Part shown: positions 60,593-64,000 of the stretch, one piece after another
How the letters are laid out: every line of letters starts with the position of its first letter
Numbering within the stretch: the first letter of the stretch is position 1
Assembly (NCBI GenBank): GCA_965232515.1
Contig: CBDDPY010000002.1
Span: 5,120,001-5,184,000 of the forward strand
Direction of reading: 5' to 3'
Source: Alphaproteobacteria bacterium
Lineage (GTDB): Bacteria; Pseudomonadota; Alphaproteobacteria; GCA-2731375
Length of the DNA: 64,000 bases
Program-made: the position numbers and the translations under genes
Notes under the pieces: generated by a model
Database searches by the model: none
What the model was told of the DNA's origin: nothing
The model's input: only the letters and a program-made list of their open reading frames with translations

Positions 60593-61657
60593 TTACGGCA
60601 TGCTCTGCAGGTCCTTCCACTGCTTGTAGGACTTGCGGAACGTGAAATAGCTGTCGGCCACTTTCTTGAACAGCGGATCCTCGGCCGATTTCTCGGCGAC
60701 GACCTCTGTCCAGGCGACTTCCAGTTCGGCCAGGAACTCATCGGGCCAGCGGTGGATCGTCACGCCCTTGCCCTCGAGCGTCTTCAGGGCCGGCACCTGC
60801 TTGGCGCCAGCCTCGGCCATGGTCCGGATACCGGCGTCGTTGCAGGCGACCTCGATGATCACCTGATAGGCCTTCGGCAGGCTGTTGAACTTCTCCAGGT
60901 TGATCATCATCTCGACCAGAGATGCCTGCTGATGCCAGCCCGGGAAGTAGTAGTGGTCGGCGATCTCGTGATAGCCGAACTTCAGGTCGATCGACGGGAA
61001 CGACAGCTCGGTGGCGTCGATCACGCCGCGCTCCAGCGCCGGATAGATGTCGGCCGGCGCGATCAACTGGGTCGACACGCCCATCTTGCCCATGACCAGC
61101 GCGCCGAGGCCGAAGAACCGCATCTTCAGGCCCTTCAGGTCCGCGGCCGACGTGATTTCCTTGCGGAACCAGCCGGACGCCTCGGCCGCGACGACGCCGC
61201 AGCTGAAGCCGATCAGGTTATGCTGGGCGTAGATCTCGCGATAGAGGTCGTTGCCGCCGCCATACTGCATCCAGGACAGATACTCGTCGATCTGCGGCCC
61301 GAACGGCACCGAGGCGAAGAACGCCGCCGCCGGAATCCGGCCGGCGTGGAAGCCTGGCGTCGTATATGACGTTTCGACCGCGCCCTTGGAGACGGAATCG
61401 AACACCTCCAGCGCTGGCACCAGGGCGCCGGGGGTGAAGAACTTGATGTCGAAGCGCCCGCCGGTCATGTCCTTGATGTTATTCAGGACACGCGGCCCGT
61501 TGGGGCCGATGATGTCGAGCGCCTCGGTATAGGAACTGGCGTTCTTCCATTTGATACGCGGCATGTCCTGCGCGGTCGCCGACAGCGCCAGGCCGACGGC
61601 AATACCGCCGGTCAGGCTGGCGGCCGCTGCGTGTTTCAGAAAGTCTCGAAACGCCAT
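60593..61657 (-). CDS. TRAP transporter substrate-binding protein (DctP, TakP-like subfamily)
   Basis: PGALVP..EVFD.V, GWFRKEI...DLKGLKMR, IY.ALERG.IDA.E, YY.PGWHQ; GGAGG RBS. Confidence 0.93.
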   Translation of the reverse strand: MAFRDFLKHAAAASLTGGIAVGLALSATAQDMPRIKWKNASSYTEALDIIGPNGPRVLNNIKDMTGGRFDIKFFTPGALVPALEVFDSVSKGAVETSYTTPGFHAGRIPAAAFFASVPFGPQIDEYLSWMQYGGGNDLYREIYAQHNLIGFSCGVVAAEASGWFRKEITSAADLKGLKMRFFGLGALVMGKMGVSTQLIAPADIYPALERGVIDATELSFPSIDLKFGYHEIADHYYFPGWHQQASLVEMMINLEKFNSLPKAYQVIIEVACNDAGIRTMAEAGAKQVPALKTLEGKGVTIHRWPDEFLAELEVAWTEVVAEKSAEDPLFKKVADSYFTFRKSYKQWKDLQSMP

Positions 61658-61871
61658 GAAATTGTCCTCCCTTATGTGTTTACTGTTTTGCGCCGGCGTT
61701 TGCACCGCCGGGGCTTATACGCGGAGAACGGCCAAATACATGGTCGAACAGGGTGATCTTAGCCCTTATTCCACGTGCTAAACCATCATCCTCTGATGGA
61801 CGCGGCCGGTCTGTTCATCGGACAATGCGGCGCAGTAAGCTGCGTCGTGTTCGAAACCGGCCGAGGAGCAG

Positions 61872-62567
61872 ATGAAAAAAACCGACGATCCCGTTCCCGT
61901 CGAGCGGCTTCAGGCCGATGTTTCGGCGTTGTTGGACGTGTTGGCCGACGGCGGCGTGGCGATCGCGCCGTTGGACGTGGCCTACGCCATTCTGGCCGCC
62001 AAGCCCGGCGGCATCCGGCGTATTTTCGACGCCAAGCAGCGGTCCTATGAGAAGCCCAGCGGCATGTTCGGCGATTGGAAGCTGAGCGCCGAGCTGCACA
62101 TCATGCCGGACGAGCGCCATGCAATGGTGCGGGAGATGATCACCGAGGAGAAGCTTCCGTTTTCCGTGGTCGCGCCGTTTCGCGACGATCACCCGCTGTT
62201 GCAGGCCGTCGAGCCGTTCGTGCTGGAATCGTCGTCGAAGGCCGGCACGCTCGACATGCTGCTGAATGCCGGCCAGTTCCACAACGAGATCGCGCGGCAG
62301 GCGCAGGTGCGCGGCATGCCGGTGTTCGGCTCGTCGGCGAACACGTCGCTCTCGGGCAGCAAATACGACTACGACGACATCGATGCGCCGGTGCGCGCCG
62401 CGGCCGACATCCATTTCGACTACGGCCGGTCGAAATACGCCAATCCCGACGGCCGCTCGAGCACGATCATCGATTTCCGTGACTTTTCCGTCGTGCGGGT
62501 CGGCGTCTGCTTCGATCAGCTACGGCAGGCGTTTAAAACGCGCTTCGATGTGGATTTGAAACAATAA
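61872..62567 (+). CDS. Divergent Sua5/YciO/YrdC (TsaC-like) family protein
   Basis: L..GGVAIAP...Y, RIF.AKQR...KP, SSAN.S, SSTIID, VRVG; GAGGAG RBS. Confidence 0.8.
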   Translation: MKKTDDPVPVERLQADVSALLDVLADGGVAIAPLDVAYAILAAKPGGIRRIFDAKQRSYEKPSGMFGDWKLSAELHIMPDERHAMVREMITEEKLPFSVVAPFRDDHPLLQAVEPFVLESSSKAGTLDMLLNAGQFHNEIARQAQVRGMPVFGSSANTSLSGSKYDYDDIDAPVRAAADIHFDYGRSKYANPDGRSSTIIDFRDFSVVRVGVCFDQLRQAFKTRFDVDLKQ

Positions 62568-62581
62568 ATGGGACAACGCAG

Positions 62582-63214
62582 ATGAACGACATCTACAAGG
62601 AAGTCGGCTTCGAGGCGAACGACATCGGCTTCGGCGAGCGGCCGGGGATCGCGGTCGTCGATTTCCAACGCGGCTTTACGGATGCGGTGTTTCCGCTGGG
62701 CGGACGGCCGCTGGTGGACCGGGCGGTCGAGAACACGGCGACCATGCTGGATCTCGCCCGGCGCGGCAATGTGCCGGTGGCGACCTGCTACACCGCCTAT
62801 TCCAGCGCCCGCGACGCGCCTTATTGGAAGATTCCGCCGGTGGTGAACGAGTTCCATCACGGCCATCCCAGCACCGAGATGGAGCCGCGGATCTATGACG
62901 CCGACTACGACGTGGTCTACTGCAAGACCGGGCCGTCGATCTTCTTCCAGACGGCGATTATGCAGTTCTTTATCAAGGAGCGGGTCGACACGGTAATCGT
63001 CGCCGGCTGCAACACCAGCGGCTGCATCCGGGCCTCGGTCATCGACGCGTTTTCCTATGGCTTCCGGGTGATCGTGCCGGAGCCCTGCGTCGGCGATGTC
63101 GACGACGGTCCGCATCGGAACAACCTGGTCGATGTGGGTCGGCGCTATGCCGACGTGGTCGACCTCGATACGGTGATGAACTATCTGGAAGAGGTGCGTA
63201 AGCGAAACGACTGA
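62582..63214 (+). CDS. Isochorismatase-family cysteine hydrolase (N-carbamoylsarcosine amidase/maleamate amidohydrolase-like)
   Basis: GFG.RP, VVDFQ (Asp), K..PS.FF (Lys), GCNTSGCIRAS..DA (Cys). Confidence 0.92.
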   Translation: MNDIYKEVGFEANDIGFGERPGIAVVDFQRGFTDAVFPLGGRPLVDRAVENTATMLDLARRGNVPVATCYTAYSSARDAPYWKIPPVVNEFHHGHPSTEMEPRIYDADYDVVYCKTGPSIFFQTAIMQFFIKERVDTVIVAGCNTSGCIRASVIDAFSYGFRVIVPEPCVGDVDDGPHRNNLVDVGRRYADVVDLDTVMNYLEEVRKRND

Positions 63215-63371
63215 CCGGTTGGTCAGATAATCAACCGGCAACGACCAGGGTGGTCAGGATGAAGGCCCAAACGCTGGCGCCGGCCAGAAATGTGTTCAGC
63301 GCCCGGTTCCAGTTGTTTTTTGCAAATTCGGTCATTTTCTGCTCCAGACGGCGGTAATTTTCGTAAAATTC

Positions 63372-63656
63372 GTGCCGATGGTCTGGATATGGCGACGATG
63401 GCGTGGCTCGCGAGTGTTCACCATCACTGTTTCAGAAAAAACTAATTCGGACCGGACGGACTGGCACCTCGTGCGCATTCCGCACCCCTCCGACCTGTTT
63501 GTGGACCAGACGGCAATGCGCGCCTGGTGCGCGACGGACATTTGCGACGGCTGGTGTGTCGAGCCCAAACGACCGAACGGCACCGCCTACCGGTTCGCGC
63601 GCCGGGCCGACGCGCTTCGGTTCGCCCACCGCTGGTTTCCGTTCACCTGCGGCTGA
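63372..63656 (+). CDS. Small hypothetical protein; start uncertain (GTG at 63414 possible)
   Basis: Only plausible ORF in a 600 bp gap; C-terminal WC...W...YRF....DA..F..RW pattern looks protein-like. Confidence 0.45.
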   Translation: MPMVWIWRRWRGSRVFTITVSEKTNSDRTDWHLVRIPHPSDLFVDQTAMRAWCATDICDGWCVEPKRPNGTAYRFARRADALRFAHRWFPFTCG

Positions 63657-63811
63657 TCGGTGCAGCGTCATCGCCGAACTGTCACGGGAACCGCGCATAC
63701 TGATTGTGAGACGCATAACATCATGCGCGGCGGCCCGACTTTATGTTGCGCTGCAGCGCTGGTGTGCGATGATCATCACGAACGCGTGACGATTCTGCGA
63801 AGGGGACGCAA

Positions 63812-64000
63812 ATGAAGCTCGGGTTGACGCGCTTGGCACTGTTCGTTCCGTTGCTGTTTGCTGCCGGATCGGCGGCCGCGCATACGGGGCACGCGACGGC
63901 GGGCGGCTTCGGCGCAGGCTTCGTGCATCCCCTGTTCGGTATCGACCATATCGTTGCCATGGTGGCGGTCGGCCTGTGGGCGGCGCAGCTCGGCGGTCGC
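63812..64000 (+). CDS. HupE/UreJ family nickel/cobalt transporter (3' truncated by window edge; not in the ORF track)
   Basis: Translates MKLGLTRLALFVPLLFAAGSAAAHTGHATAGGFGAGFVHPLFGIDHIVAMVAVGLWAAQLGGR, with the HP..G.DH..AM.AVG.W signature. Confidence 0.92.
   Translation, partial: MKLGLTRLALFVPLLFAAGSAAAHTGHATAGGFGAGFVHPLFGIDHIVAMVAVGLWAAQLGGR

Overview
High-GC alphaproteobacterial chromosomal window (Rhodospirillales-like, inferred from gene order, CGTC-type REPs and a CtrA box). Bases 1-17.4 kb are core genome: the end of the ATP synthase operon (atpD, atpC); an intact IS30-family element inserted into a REP dimer; a long minus-strand block (rplU-rpmA-obgE-proB-Bax-like glucosaminidase-proA-nadD-rsfS-rlmH, then gpmI-envC-ctpA-divergent polysaccharide deacetylase-rppH-hydrolase); and tRNA-Ser(CGA). 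From 17.4 kb to the end is a mosaic accessory region. It holds a low-GC Mrr-type endonuclease directly after the tRNA, three type II toxin-antitoxin modules (Xre-RES, Phd-PIN, ParD-ParE), a lysine dehydrogenase/P6C dehydrogenase/Lrp unit and two Baeyer-Villiger monooxygenases with an esterase. It also holds a 13 kb uncharacterised catabolic cluster (GcvT-type amine dehydrogenase, flavin monooxygenase, two paralogous CMD/AhpD-like proteins, NitT/TauT ABC transporter, HpcH aldolase, ATP-dependent hydantoinase A/B), sugar-oxidation genes, an orphan TRAP receptor, a divergent TsaC/YrdC paralog paired with an isochorismatase-family amidohydrolase, and the start of a HupE/UreJ gene. I found no CRISPR array, rRNA, integrase or prophage. 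The best candidates for undescribed biology are the TsaC-paralog/amidohydrolase pair, the dual-CMD hydantoinase cluster, and the IS30 insertion beside a mimic of its own end inside a REP. All family calls come from motif recognition by eye; no searches were run.
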